A DNA stretch of 64,000 bases. Origin: Escherichia phage ECML-606-1. Numbering within the stretch: position 1 is the stretch's first letter; each line of letters starts with the position of its first letter. Positions 45,846-54,933 of this stretch are shown here, piece by piece. Both the position numbers and the translations under genes were made by a program. The notes under the pieces are model-generated. The model was not told the DNA's origin, made no database searches, and saw only the letters and a list, made by a program, of their open reading frames with translations. The stretch lies in the sequence record OL631484.1; one strand, given 5' to 3'.

Positions 45846-46147
45846 TCGGTTCGATCCTTTGTCAGTTTGAGGATAATCAGCCCGGTGTCAGTCAGCTTGA
45901 TGCGGTAGAACTTCGTTGCCTCCTGCCCCCGGTCGATGTTGAAAGCAATCAGGCCCAGACGGAACAGCACCGGGATGCTTGGCGCGTTGAATGGCGTCGT
46001 GGTGCGGAACCATTGCCCACGGCGCACGCCGATATCAGGGCGATTCTCGATCCCCTTCTTGCCATCACCGCGCAGGCTGTAGCTGGTACCGGACGCGATA
46101 CGGCGCAGGGTGTAAACCTGCGCCATGGTCAGCTTAGGGGCTTTCAT
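45842..46147 (-). CDS. hypothetical protein
   Basis: 101 aa, ATGA overlap. Confidence 0.4.
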   Translation of the reverse strand: MKAPKLTMAQVYTLRRIASGTSYSLRGDGKKGIENRPDIGVRRGQWFRTTTPFNAPSIPVLFRLGLIAFNIDRGQEATKFYRIKLTDTGLIILKLTKDRTE

Positions 46148-47760
46148 CAGCTGCGCTCGGTAGCGATGAGGTGAGAGCGCACCAGCGCACGGACAGCCGC
46201 CAGTACAGGAACAGGCGGGCGGTTCAGCTTATCGCTGCAAAGGTCATCAATCGCGCCGATGATAGCCCGGTCGGCGTTGCGCTCGGTCAGCAGGGTTTGC
46301 AGCTGCTTATCATGCTGGAATTGCGCGACGCTCAGGCCCTTGATGTAGTGGTAAATGGCTGCGACCGCATCAGAGTAATGCTCGCTATCACGCTCCAGCT
46401 CAAAGTTATCAGCCATTGCGATGATGGCATTGCGCGGGCCATTGAATTCAGCTTTCAGGTGCTCAGCCAGCACATCCCACGGCACATTGGCATAAGGCTC
46501 GGCGTCTGTAGCCGGGATCTCGCGACCTACCAGCTGGCAGGCGAGGTCATGCAGGATCATCGCACCGCCGCGATAGCGGGTGATGGTGTTCACGTAGTCC
46601 CGGACGCCGATCAGCAGCTCAGGGAATGACGGCAGCATGTCAGGTGTTGACGGCGTAATCATGCAGAGCGCCATCACTTCGCGTTTGAATGGGTCAAGTG
46701 TGGTCTGCGATGACCGGACGCTGGTCAGGTCATTAGCCAGCTTGGTGACGAGGGCCGGAAGCTCTTTCGGCTCAGCGGTCACGCCCAGCACGCGCTGAAT
46801 GTCTTTGAGGTAGCGGTACGCCTCGTCACGGTCGCCGCGAGTGGTAGCCAGCGCCTGATCAGCCTTAGCAAGCTGGCCTGCGGTCTCTTTGTTGGCTTCG
46901 CGGGACTGTTTCAGGTTCTCGAACAGCTCCGCCGCGATGGCAGGCAGGTCGCCGTATTCGTAGTCCGGGTCAACCTCCAGAGCGGTGCGGATGTCGTGGA
47001 GGATGGTTTTATAGTCAGCCAGATCGACGGTCGCATTTGCCAGCGCGTTGGTGCGCTCGGTCAGCAGGTCGGCATTCTCTTTGAAGTTGCGGACGTATAC
47101 CAGCAGGCCGCTTGGTGCAGCATGAGGAGCGCCAGTAATACTGCGCAGCTCGTTGATGATTTTGGCGTGCTCGCTGGCAATCTTGGCGCTTTCGTCAGCC
47201 TTGACCTTAACCGCCATAGCGACAGCCACCGGGCCGCTGCTGGTCGGGATCATGAATTGCTCGCGCAGCTGGCTGATTGCTTCGCTGTGCTCATTCAGGC
47301 TGCGATCCGCCTGGCTGAATTTGTCCCACATCTGGTCATACTCACCCATAACCTTTTCCGCGATCAGCTCAGGGTCGGAAGACTTGACGCCGAACTTGAG
47401 CCCGATGGTTTTGAGTGCGCGGCGCAGCGAATCGCAGGTATCGCGGAGGTCTTTCTCGCGGTCGGTCATTTCAGCAGGCGCTACGGCTTCGCTGAATGTT
47501 TGCAGCTTGAGCGTTGCCCCCTTGATAAACAGGTCTTCGGTGTCGATGTGGGCGCTCATGTTGAGCAGGGCGCAGACGCGGCGTGCAATGGTCTCCTCAG
47601 CGGGAGCAGCACCACCGTTCTCGGTGATGAGGAGGATCTGCTCAATGGTGTCGCCACCGTAGGCTTTGTGAGGGATGCGCATTGTAATATCCCAAGTACC
47701 GCCAATGTCACGGGCTTCGAACGTTGGCAGCGCCGGGTTAGGCTTGCTGACTGTAGTCAT
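46147..47760 (-). CDS. hypothetical protein (537 aa, coiled-coil-rich)
   Basis: long ORF; AAGGAG SD before ATG 47760. Confidence 0.5.
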   Translation of the reverse strand: MTTVSKPNPALPTFEARDIGGTWDITMRIPHKAYGGDTIEQILLITENGGAAPAEETIARRVCALLNMSAHIDTEDLFIKGATLKLQTFSEAVAPAEMTDREKDLRDTCDSLRRALKTIGLKFGVKSSDPELIAEKVMGEYDQMWDKFSQADRSLNEHSEAISQLREQFMIPTSSGPVAVAMAVKVKADESAKIASEHAKIINELRSITGAPHAAPSGLLVYVRNFKENADLLTERTNALANATVDLADYKTILHDIRTALEVDPDYEYGDLPAIAAELFENLKQSREANKETAGQLAKADQALATTRGDRDEAYRYLKDIQRVLGVTAEPKELPALVTKLANDLTSVRSSQTTLDPFKREVMALCMITPSTPDMLPSFPELLIGVRDYVNTITRYRGGAMILHDLACQLVGREIPATDAEPYANVPWDVLAEHLKAEFNGPRNAIIAMADNFELERDSEHYSDAVAAIYHYIKGLSVAQFQHDKQLQTLLTERNADRAIIGAIDDLCSDKLNRPPVPVLAAVRALVRSHLIATERS

Positions 47761-47786
47761 GATGGGCTCCTTTTGAATGAGCCCCC

Positions 47787-47815
47787 ACGATACAGCGTCT
47801 TATGGTCATTCGCAA
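47787..47815 (-). promoter_or_regulatory. sigma70-like promoter candidate TTGCGA-N17-TATCGT
   Basis: minus-strand hexamers; ACGTCATTATTG half-site upstream. Confidence 0.3.
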
Positions 47816-47843
47816 CGCATTTTTGCGGCAATAATGACGTAAA

Positions 47844-48185
47844 TCACTTCGGTAGCTCGGTGGCCACAATCTCAGCCGGGAAGTCAGGGGAGGGGTGCGG
47901 ATTCACCACGCAGCGGATCCCCATATTGACCGGGGCTGCTGATTTGGCACGGTTTCGGGGCTTGCCCATGATACCGCAGCAGCAGAGCACGCTGGCGTCG
48001 CGTCCATATGCCACAGCGCCGCAGTGGGTGCAGCGGTAGTTCCGGTCTTTGCCCTCTCCCTCAGAGCTCACGATACGCCCAAAACACTTCTTGCAGATGT
48101 GGGGCTCAAGCGCCCACAGGTCTGAGGTCTTTTTTTTATGTTGCGAGTCTGTCATTGGCTCGCTGTTTTTGGGTGATGCGCACAT
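47844..48185 (-). CDS. zinc-finger protein
   Basis: CKKCFG...CTHCG plus CCCG motifs. Confidence 0.4.
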   Translation of the reverse strand: MCASPKNSEPMTDSQHKKKTSDLWALEPHICKKCFGRIVSSEGEGKDRNYRCTHCGAVAYGRDASVLCCCGIMGKPRNRAKSAAPVNMGIRCVVNPHPSPDFPAEIVATELPK

Positions 48186-48730
48186 TAAAACAATTCTCCT
48201 TGCACTGGAACGACTCCGTAGCCATCTGGTCTGACCACTCGAAGCCCAAAATATACCTGCCGCGTGTTGTCCCGTAGTGCCCCGATAATCAGCTCATCGA
48301 CTGACACAGCGCGTTGCTTACGAACCGTCACCACGTTCCCCCCGGTCATGACCGTAACGGCATGAGGCACCAGAGGTGGATGGTTGAGGGGCTTGCGACC
48401 ACGGGCATTCTTGCCGATGACGCATTCCCTCTCACGGTTCCAGCAGCTAACGCAGATGTCGTGCCCGATGAGCCTGAGGCCAGTACGTTGACAGCGTGAA
48501 CAGATGGGGATTCCGCACAGTGAAGACTGAGCAATATCACCCTCTCCGGCGTGATGGGCACCGATGGGGCATGATTTGCACAGCTGGGAGCATTCAGGAG
48601 ACTTGTTGTTATTGGTTTGAGACCAAAGGGCGGCACAGGACGAGACCTGCAAGGAGGCGCTGCGTCTGGTGCAATGAAACATCGGTTTACCGGGTAGTTC
48701 CGGCACTGTGAAGTATTCGATTGGCTCCAT
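48185..48730 (-). CDS. Cys-rich hypothetical protein
   Basis: 181 aa with multiple CxxC pairs. Confidence 0.4.
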   Translation of the reverse strand: MEPIEYFTVPELPGKPMFHCTRRSASLQVSSCAALWSQTNNNKSPECSQLCKSCPIGAHHAGEGDIAQSSLCGIPICSRCQRTGLRLIGHDICVSCWNRERECVIGKNARGRKPLNHPPLVPHAVTVMTGGNVVTVRKQRAVSVDELIIGALRDNTRQVYFGLRVVRPDGYGVVPVQGELF

Positions 48731-48805
48731 GAGAAAAATCTCACCCGTTCGGCTTAGTCGAGCAGAGTATAACGCTTTTTTGCGGCGACTCCAGTAAATC
48801 GCTAA

Positions 48806-49173
48806 CCGTTCCAGCGTTCCGGGGCTGCGGAACGGTCTGCGGAACGGTTTTTACCCCCTAAAATGGCACCACAAATAATAAATAATAATAATAATATCAA
48901 TAGATTAGTAAGTAGTAGTAGTAAGTAGTATATGTCACCGTTCCACCGTTCCGCACTTTGCGGTGTCATATACATAGCGCAAGGAAATTTCGATTATTAT
49001 GTAATGTATCTATTACTATCATATTCATTACACTGTATGTCTGTTTCTTTATTCCTATATATCTCTCGCGCCAAAATAGCGGAACGGTGGAACGGTGGCG
49101 CTTTTCTTATGTTTATCAAACAGATAACCGTTCCGCTACCCGTTCCGCAGTGTTCCACCGTTCCACGGAACGG
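48806..49173. repeat. array of at least 11 GGAACGG/CCGTTCC heptamer iterons in both orientations
   Basis: copies at 48806, 48829, 48841, 48938, 48946, 49081, 49089, 49128, 49140, 49158, 49167. Confidence 0.8.
48875..48930. repeat. trinucleotide microsatellites (AAT)n and (AGT)n
   Basis: AATAATAAATAATAATAATAAT and AGTAAGTAGTAGTAGTAAGTAGTA. Confidence 0.8.
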
Positions 49174-49236
49174 CTGAGAATGGACAAAAAAAAGCCAGCT
49201 ATGCGCTGGCTTATTTATTACGGTGTAATTAATTCA

Positions 49237-49662
49237 TTAGAAATATCCATCAGCATCAGGGCGGACGGCAAGGCGGATTTTTTCGAGGGCGTCGGTAGCG
49301 ATGTGTAACTGATTAATTACGTCATCACGAATCTCTTTCACCTTACCCGGCTGCACATCATCCATCATGCTGAACATGGCGAAAGCGCCGCGCACAAATT
49401 TATCGGTGTAGCCCTTCTCGTCTTTATCCAGCGGAATGGATTTATTGAGCGCCGTCACGGTGCGCTCGAAGTCCTCATAAATATCAGCGCGTGGCGTTTC
49501 AGGTGCCGGAATGGGGCGGGAGCTCGTCACCAGTTTGCCGCCAATGATCTCGGCGTCGCCATTAATCCACTGGTGAACCTGCGGGGCGTGGACGCCCATA
49601 GCGGTGGCGAAAGCGGTTTTATTGCCCGCGTAATACAGCTCAATATAGGTGACTAATTTCAT
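49237..49662 (-). CDS. HTH DNA-binding protein (Cro/CI-type)
   Basis: TAFATAMGVHAPQVHQWINGD helix-turn-helix; ATG 49662 with GAGGA SD (track ORF starts at TTG 49701); iteron array lies directly downstream. Confidence 0.55.
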   Translation of the reverse strand: MKLVTYIELYYAGNKTAFATAMGVHAPQVHQWINGDAEIIGGKLVTSSRPIPAPETPRADIYEDFERTVTALNKSIPLDKDEKGYTDKFVRGAFAMFSMMDDVQPGKVKEIRDDVINQLHIATDALEKIRLAVRPDADGYF

Positions 49663-49664
49663 CA

Positions 49665-49865
49665 CTATTTCCTCAGAATAAACGCCCGGAACACGGGCCA
49701 AAACAGAATGTCGTACATCAGCCAGAACACCAGCAGAGCGCAGGCCAGATACCAGAGATCGCGGTTGCCAGCCGCGTCATAAATCATGTAGCCGGGGAAG
49801 GCGAGCAGGCAGAAACAAATCAGCACGCTCAGCAGCTCACAGGCGCGGTTGATTGCCTTAATCAC
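49665..49865 (-). CDS. small membrane protein
   Basis: 66 aa, two hydrophobic helices. Confidence 0.4.
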   Translation of the reverse strand: MIKAINRACELLSVLICFCLLAFPGYMIYDAAGNRDLWYLACALLVFWLMYDILFWPVFRAFILRK

Positions 49866-50262
49866 CGTATCGCCCCCCGTTATACGTTGCGCCTTTCGGC
49901 AGGACGGTGCAGGGCTCGGTCTTGTAACTCTGCGTGCTGCGGTCGTAATGCGGAATGCTGGCGGTCAGCTTGGCGCACTCGCGCTCGGCGTCGGCGGGAT
50001 CCGTGAACACTGCCAGCAGGGTATCGCAGGCATCATCGTTGCCGTAGTCCGTGTGGAAATACAGCGCGGTGGCCGGAATGACTTCTGCCATGATTGCCGG
50101 GCGTGCAGCCGCCAGAAGGCGCAGGCAATCGGGGCAGGTCACTTCACCTTCTTCCACCTCATGCTTGGCGCGGAATGACTTCCAGCCGCACAGGGTCACA
50201 GTGGTGCCCATTCCCTCGGTGTAGAGGTGATTGAGGTCGTTGGTCATCTGGATGACTTTCAT
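49858..50262 (-). CDS. hypothetical protein
   Basis: 134 aa. Confidence 0.4.
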   Translation of the reverse strand: MKVIQMTNDLNHLYTEGMGTTVTLCGWKSFRAKHEVEEGEVTCPDCLRLLAAARPAIMAEVIPATALYFHTDYGNDDACDTLLAVFTDPADAERECAKLTASIPHYDRSTQSYKTEPCTVLPKGATYNGGRYGD

Positions 50263-50266
50263 GATT

Positions 50267-50545
50267 TCATTCCCACGATTTTGACTTGCGCTCTACTTCA
50301 TCAAACAGGGCGTTAGCCTCTGCTTCCTTACGGGCTTTCGCCATTTTAAGCTGGTCATTCAGCCCGGCAGACGCGCCATAACACCAGCCGGAGATAATGG
50401 CGCACACCACGCCAGCGAACGGGGCCAGCGGATAATCTTCGCCACCCAGACCACGCGCAGAGAGCCACATTGAGGCCAGCATAAGCACGGCAAACAGAGC
50501 AGTCACAAAGCGCAGGCAGTTACGAACTTCACGAATTCTTTCCAC
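50267..50545 (-). CDS. small membrane protein
   Basis: 92 aa with hydrophobic helices. Confidence 0.4.
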   Translation of the reverse strand: MERIREVRNCLRFVTALFAVLMLASMWLSARGLGGEDYPLAPFAGVVCAIISGWCYGASAGLNDQLKMAKARKEAEANALFDEVERKSKSWE

Positions 50546-50546
50546 G

Positions 50547-51167
50547 TTATTCTCCTTTATAAAACTCGTTAATCACATCAATTTTGCAGTGCTGCTCTAC
50601 CTCGCGCAGCTGCTGCTTGTAGCGTGCAGGCATCCCGTCTTTCATGCGGTGCCATTTCAGATCGGTGAGGAGGCTATACCACTGCCCGCCACACTCGACG
50701 AATTGCCCGGCATCGCACGCATAGCGGGTGCCTTCGATCAGGTAATACTGCGGCGTTTTCTCGCCTTTCGCCGGGTCGCCCAGCTTGGTGGCCCGTGCAG
50801 GCGATTTGCCGTAGCCTACCGCCGCAATGCAGCGTCGGGTCAGGTGCTCAGCGGCAGGATACCAGTACCCGTCATCGTGCAGTTTCAGCGGGTGCGCCTG
50901 CGGGTCATCCGGGATCAGGAAGGCATCACCGTGATAGTTGTACATCGTGCCGAAAACGGCAGGCTTGGTCGGCTCACGGTCGGCAATGAAGCGCTTAACC
51001 TTGAAGCCTTCCATCACGTCAGGCGTAACACCGTGGCGTGCGCAGATGTCAGCCAGTGCGGCCTCAGCCTCAGCGCGGAATGATTCAAACGCGGCATCCG
51101 GCAGGCGTACCATTGTCCAGTCGATAGCCTCAGCAGCCGGGCCAGTGAGCATGGTGTATTTGGACAT
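50547..51167 (-). CDS. hypothetical protein
   Basis: 206 aa. Confidence 0.45.
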   Translation of the reverse strand: MSKYTMLTGPAAEAIDWTMVRLPDAAFESFRAEAEAALADICARHGVTPDVMEGFKVKRFIADREPTKPAVFGTMYNYHGDAFLIPDDPQAHPLKLHDDGYWYPAAEHLTRRCIAAVGYGKSPARATKLGDPAKGEKTPQYYLIEGTRYACDAGQFVECGGQWYSLLTDLKWHRMKDGMPARYKQQLREVEQHCKIDVINEFYKGE

Positions 51168-51169
51168 AA

Positions 51170-51448
51170 TTAAAATCCTCCTGGTGCATTAGCAACGCGT
51201 TTCAGATGGTCGCGGTATTGCGCTTTGGTTTCGGTCATCAGCTCAGCCGGAACCTTACGGATCAGGGTGAATTGCTCGCCTGCGAGGTTGTAGCAGATGA
51301 AGCCGATCCCGTGGGAGCCGTCGCCAAACTGGCGACCGGACACGCGAACATTGATAGTCCCAGAGCCTTTCCCATTGGTGGCTTGCGCCACCGCTTTTTT
51401 GAGGATATCAGCGAAGGCTTTCGCCTCCGCACCTGATAAAGTTTTCAT
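51170..51448 (-). CDS. hypothetical protein
   Basis: 92 aa. Confidence 0.4.
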   Translation of the reverse strand: MKTLSGAEAKAFADILKKAVAQATNGKGSGTINVRVSGRQFGDGSHGIGFICYNLAGEQFTLIRKVPAELMTETKAQYRDHLKRVANAPGGF

Positions 51449-51909
51449 TAGCGATCCCCTTCGTGGGTTGCATCTTCAATTTCACGGAGGCTTTTGCCTT
51501 CCGCCATCGCTTTGGCCTGCCAGTAGTCGAGGCACCCCATACGCGCTTCCATTTCGTCCTGGTGCGCCTGATCCATCCAGCCTGCATTCTCCAGATGACG
51601 CTCATATGCCGCGTCCGGGTCGCCGTGGTCAGCGAACTGCTCATACAGGTGGTCTTCGGTCTCTTTCTTCCACTCGGTAAAAGAGGCCAGCGCGGCGTTG
51701 AGCATTACCGGAGAGTTGGAGAAGAACAGCGCCTTTTTCTCGGTGCGCTCAGCGCTGCCAGTCAGGGCCCAGCGAAGTACAACCACTTTGCCTTCACCGC
51801 CGATTTCGACGCTCAGGTTATGAGCCGGGGAAACCATGATCAGCTCGGTTAACAGCAGCTCAAATTCGGCCTTGGTCATGCGCGGTGCAGTGCGTTTTAT
51901 GTTGGTCAT
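51448..51909 (-). CDS. hypothetical protein
   Basis: 153 aa; promoter/operator just upstream. Confidence 0.45.
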   Translation of the reverse strand: MTNIKRTAPRMTKAEFELLLTELIMVSPAHNLSVEIGGEGKVVVLRWALTGSAERTEKKALFFSNSPVMLNAALASFTEWKKETEDHLYEQFADHGDPDAAYERHLENAGWMDQAHQDEMEARMGCLDYWQAKAMAEGKSLREIEDATHEGDR

Positions 51910-51943
51910 TTCGTTTATCTCGTTACCTTGGGTTGGTGAGATA

Positions 51944-51972
51944 AATATACGTCATGGGTGACGGGTGCGCAA
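51944..51972 (-). promoter_or_regulatory. sigma70-like promoter TTGCGC-N17-TATATT with palindrome ACGTCATGGGTGACGG in spacer
   Basis: minus-strand hexamers; palindrome 51949-51964. Confidence 0.45.
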
Positions 51973-52038
51973 GGAGAAAATTACACAATAACGAAAATAT
52001 TATTGTTTGTTTGGCCCCATGGTTAGGGGCCGGAGAGA

Positions 52039-52377
52039 TTAGTTACAGCGGACGGTGCCAAACGAATCGCGTCGGCAGGTGCTGCCATCGCTTCCCCGCG
52101 TCGTGCCGAAGCTGTCAGTGCGCCAGCTGTTTCCGTGGTTGTCACGGGTGGTGCCGAAGCTGTCCGTGCGGTACACGGAGCCATCGCTGCCGCGCGTGGT
52201 GCCAAACGAATCGGTGCGCCAGCTATTGCCATGGTTATCGCGCGTTGTCCCAAAGGAATCCGTGCGGTAGGTGGTGCCGTCATCACAGCGCGTGGTGCCG
52301 AAGGAGTCAGAGCGGCAGGTCAGCGCGGAGGCGTTAAAGCTGGCGGCGAGCGCCAGCAGGAGGATCAGTTTTTTCAT
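52039..52377 (-). CDS. secreted tandem-repeat protein
   Basis: signal peptide MKKLILLLALAASFNASA, then six 16-aa repeats of RTDSFGTTR(D/G)NHGNSW type with Cys at both ends. Confidence 0.6.
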   Translation of the reverse strand: MKKLILLLALAASFNASALTCRSDSFGTTRCDDGTTYRTDSFGTTRDNHGNSWRTDSFGTTRGSDGSVYRTDSFGTTRDNHGNSWRTDSFGTTRGSDGSTCRRDSFGTVRCN

Positions 52378-52784
52378 GCTTCGTTTACCTTTGCTACGTA
52401 AATTTCGTACCGTTCCGGGTCAAGCCCGTTAACGACCTTCATGGCGAGATCATGGCGACTGCTCCAGCCGATAGCGTTCCAGCTGTTACGCTTCTGCACC
52501 GTTTCCAGATGTGTCGCGTATTCATCCTGGTATTGCTCAGCTGTCATGGCGCAGATGCGCTCTATTTCGGCGTTGCCCAAGCTGTTTTGCTGCTCAGGAT
52601 GCGCCTTGCAGTGCTTAGCCCACGCGTAATTCGATTTAGCGGCCTTCACGTACTGGTCGCGGACGATCTCCCAGTGCTTAGCCTTGCCGCGAACCACGAC
52701 AACAAATTTATAGTCGCGGTGAGTGGTGCGGGTAACAAGCAGACCATCAGGTGTGGTCGCGGTCAGTTTGCGTTTAGCTGGCAT
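52374..52784 (-). CDS. hypothetical protein
   Basis: 136 aa; ATG at 52784. Confidence 0.45.
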   Translation of the reverse strand: MPAKRKLTATTPDGLLVTRTTHRDYKFVVVVRGKAKHWEIVRDQYVKAAKSNYAWAKHCKAHPEQQNSLGNAEIERICAMTAEQYQDEYATHLETVQKRNSWNAIGWSSRHDLAMKVVNGLDPERYEIYVAKVNEA

Positions 52785-52857
52785 AATTAAGCCCCCATAG
52801 CTCTTTCGGAAACAGCCTAGCGGTTAAGCTGGGCCATAATATCGGGTTGATGAAATG

Positions 52858-52885
52858 ATTGTACGTCACTAGTGACGTAATGCAA
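52858..52885 (-). promoter_or_regulatory. sigma70-like promoter TTGCAT-N16-TACAAT with perfect palindrome ACGTCACTAGTGACGT in spacer
   Basis: minus-strand hexamers; palindrome 52863-52878. Confidence 0.5.
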
Positions 52886-52896
52886 TACCCGGACAT

Positions 52897-52926
52897 AAAA
52901 AAAGCCCCGATTAGTGGGGCTTTTTA
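52897..52926. terminator. bidirectional rho-independent terminator
   Basis: AGCCCCGATTAGTGGGGCT hairpin flanked by A7 and T5. Confidence 0.6.
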
Positions 52927-53445
52927 CTATTCTGCTTTCAGATGTTCAATCTGCCGTTTCAACGCGGCGATCTCCCAGTCCTTTTCCTCAATCGCCCGGT
53001 TTTTATCGGTCAGGGCCTGACGACACATATCATTCAGTTTCAGGACATCCTGCCGGACGCCTTCGATTCTGGCGTCGCGCTCGGCTACCTTGCAGCGTTC
53101 GAGGTGCAAAGCCTCGCAAGTTTTGCTGTGAGCATCAATCTCAGCTTTATAGGCCAGCTTAGTGGTCTGGTGATCTTCCTCAGATTTGGTCAGAGCCAGC
53201 CGCAGACGCATCAATTCCAGCGCGTCATTACCGCCGAAACTAAACGGATCCTGATAGGTGCGCTGCGTGCGGCGATACTCGCGCTGCTCAGGCTGAGCCT
53301 TTGCGCCGGGCACGTTGATAGTGCGCAGGTCGATCCCGGCCTGATTGGCATAAGCCACGGCACGACCGAAAGCCGTTGCGGCTTCCTCTTTGTTCGTGGT
53401 GCCGTAGGCCAGTGCCAGCAGCTTTTCAATTTTCGCCCTACTCAT
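52927..53445 (-). CDS. hypothetical coiled-coil protein
   Basis: 172 aa; GAGGAAG SD. Confidence 0.45.
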   Translation of the reverse strand: MSRAKIEKLLALAYGTTNKEEAATAFGRAVAYANQAGIDLRTINVPGAKAQPEQREYRRTQRTYQDPFSFGGNDALELMRLRLALTKSEEDHQTTKLAYKAEIDAHSKTCEALHLERCKVAERDARIEGVRQDVLKLNDMCRQALTDKNRAIEEKDWEIAALKRQIEHLKAE

Positions 53446-53484
53446 AAAAACTTCCTCAGGTTGTATCTTGGGTTGTTGCGCCGG

Positions 53485-53503
53485 ATTATAATCAAAAAAG
53501 AGG
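53485..53503 (+). promoter_or_regulatory. promoter-like element TTATAATCAAAAAAGAGG (first copy)
   Basis: TATAAT -10-like hexamer plus A-tract and SD; near-identical copy at 53738-53756. Confidence 0.35.
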
Positions 53504-53516
53504 AGATTGGAAGCAT

Positions 53517-53744
53517 ATGAAAAAACATTATTCCGAAATAAACCCCCATGAGGAGGACTTTCTTTATCGTCGCCTCGCTGCTGTCTGCCCGGTCACACAG
53601 AACGGCAGAAACATGGATATCGCTCTCCAGTGTGACGGCGACACGCAGAGCGTTACCAGCGTCGCCTATGGTTATGGCCCGGTGATTGGAAAATGGGACA
53701 CGCCAGAACTCAGCGACGGACGGGTGAAGATTCCGCGCTCATAA
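53517..53744 (+). CDS. hypothetical protein
   Basis: 75 aa; GAGGAG SD. Confidence 0.45.
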   Translation: MKKHYSEINPHEEDFLYRRLAAVCPVTQNGRNMDIALQCDGDTQSVTSVAYGYGPVIGKWDTPELSDGRVKIPRS

Positions 53745-53812
53745 TCAAAAAAGAGGTTGCGCCACGTATGCCGTAAGGCTATTATTCAGCCATCTACTAA
53801 GAGGGACGGAAT

Positions 53813-54154
53813 ATGAAAAAGGTACTCATCGCGGCGCTGCTGGTTTCAGCCAGCGCGGCAGCAACAGAAACACCCGCAATGTCGTTTATCTGCCCGATGA
53901 GCGACGGCTCTCAGATGGTGATGCGCGTCTATGGCAATGACACCATTGACCTCTTTGAGGAGGGCACCGAACCGGGCGACCGTAAGATGCTGGTTAAGGT
54001 CAGCGAAACGCCTCAGGATGTGATGCTGCAAGTGTTTGACCGCAGCTCTCACCAGCTGGTTGGTACCGTCGCGGTTATCAATGGCAAAACCTCCCTGCTG
54101 GCTAACGACGCGGACGGCGATTGCAACATTACTCAGCGCCGGGGCTCACAATGA
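53813..54154 (+). CDS. secreted/periplasmic small protein
   Basis: signal peptide MKKVLIAALLVSASAAA; two Cys. Confidence 0.5.
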   Translation: MKKVLIAALLVSASAAATETPAMSFICPMSDGSQMVMRVYGNDTIDLFEEGTEPGDRKMLVKVSETPQDVMLQVFDRSSHQLVGTVAVINGKTSLLANDADGDCNITQRRGSQ

Positions 54155-54522
54155 AAACTGTAGCAGCCATTGCGCTGATCATGCTCTCCGGCGCTGTGCA
54201 GGCCAAAAGCACCGCAGGCGAGCAGCATTACCCGAAGGGGATCTACCATTGCGTTGATGAAAAAGCGGGTAACTACCTGCTGCAAATCGGCCCCGGCAAC
54301 GTGGCGGCGATGGTTGACGCTGAGGATATTGGCGAGCTCAGGCTGGCGTACATTACCGCCCGCGACAAGATCAATAACTTCACGGCTACAATGAACGTTG
54401 AAGGCGATTACATTGGCAAAGTCACCGTAACACCGACGACCGCGCTGATTTCTTTCCCTGATAACACCGTGGCGAAGTGCGATAATAAGCGCCCGGTAAA
54501 CGCTGAGGAGTACCCGGAATGA
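54151..54522 (+). CDS. secreted/periplasmic small protein
   Basis: ATG 54151 in ATGA overlap; signal peptide MKTVAAIALIMLSGAVQA; two Cys. Confidence 0.5.
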   Translation: MKTVAAIALIMLSGAVQAKSTAGEQHYPKGIYHCVDEKAGNYLLQIGPGNVAAMVDAEDIGELRLAYITARDKINNFTATMNVEGDYIGKVTVTPTTALISFPDNTVAKCDNKRPVNAEEYPE

Positions 54523-54701
54523 GAGTATTGGTAACGCACGATCACCCTAACCCGGCATCAGCTGCGTCGCATTGCTGGACGCTGGTAAACGGTGGATGGC
54601 AGGCTCGCACCGTGCAGCGCGACGGTAAACATTTCGTTGAAGTGGGAGCATGGGTTGGCTATGCAAAAAACGCCCCGGCAGCAGGCCGTGGAAATAGCTG
54701 A
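54519..54701 (+). CDS. hypothetical protein
   Basis: 60 aa, ATGA overlap; conflicts in part with next ORF. Confidence 0.3.
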   Translation: MRVLVTHDHPNPASAASHCWTLVNGGWQARTVQRDGKHFVEVGAWVGYAKNAPAAGRGNS

Positions 54702-54933
54702 GCAGGCATATGAGGCGCTGTTAGCCTCCCGGCGCGGTGAAACTCATCCACGGTTAATAAATTACATGGAGCGCAGCATTAGCGAGCGCCTGCAACGTGC
54801 GCAGGCATACGCTGAGGCGAAAGCTCTCGAACCGCAGCGCGAAGCTGTTAAACCTACCGCCAGCAGTGAGCCGCTTGGCCCGGTCGATGAAACGATCCAC
54901 CATGGCCCCGGCTGGTCTCGCAGGAGTGACTAA
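54661..54933 (+). CDS. hypothetical protein
   Basis: internal ATG of track ORF 54592-54933. Confidence 0.3.
   Translation: MQKTPRQQAVEIAEQAYEALLASRRGETHPRLINYMERSISERLQRAQAYAEAKALEPQREAVKPTASSEPLGPVDETIHHGPGWSRRSD

Noticed and set aside
48806-49173. Possible CRISPR array suggested by the many short repeats
   Set aside because: Repeat unit is only 7 bp, occurs in both orientations with irregular spacing and no spacer-length periodicity; no cas genes; better explained as iterons or binding sites
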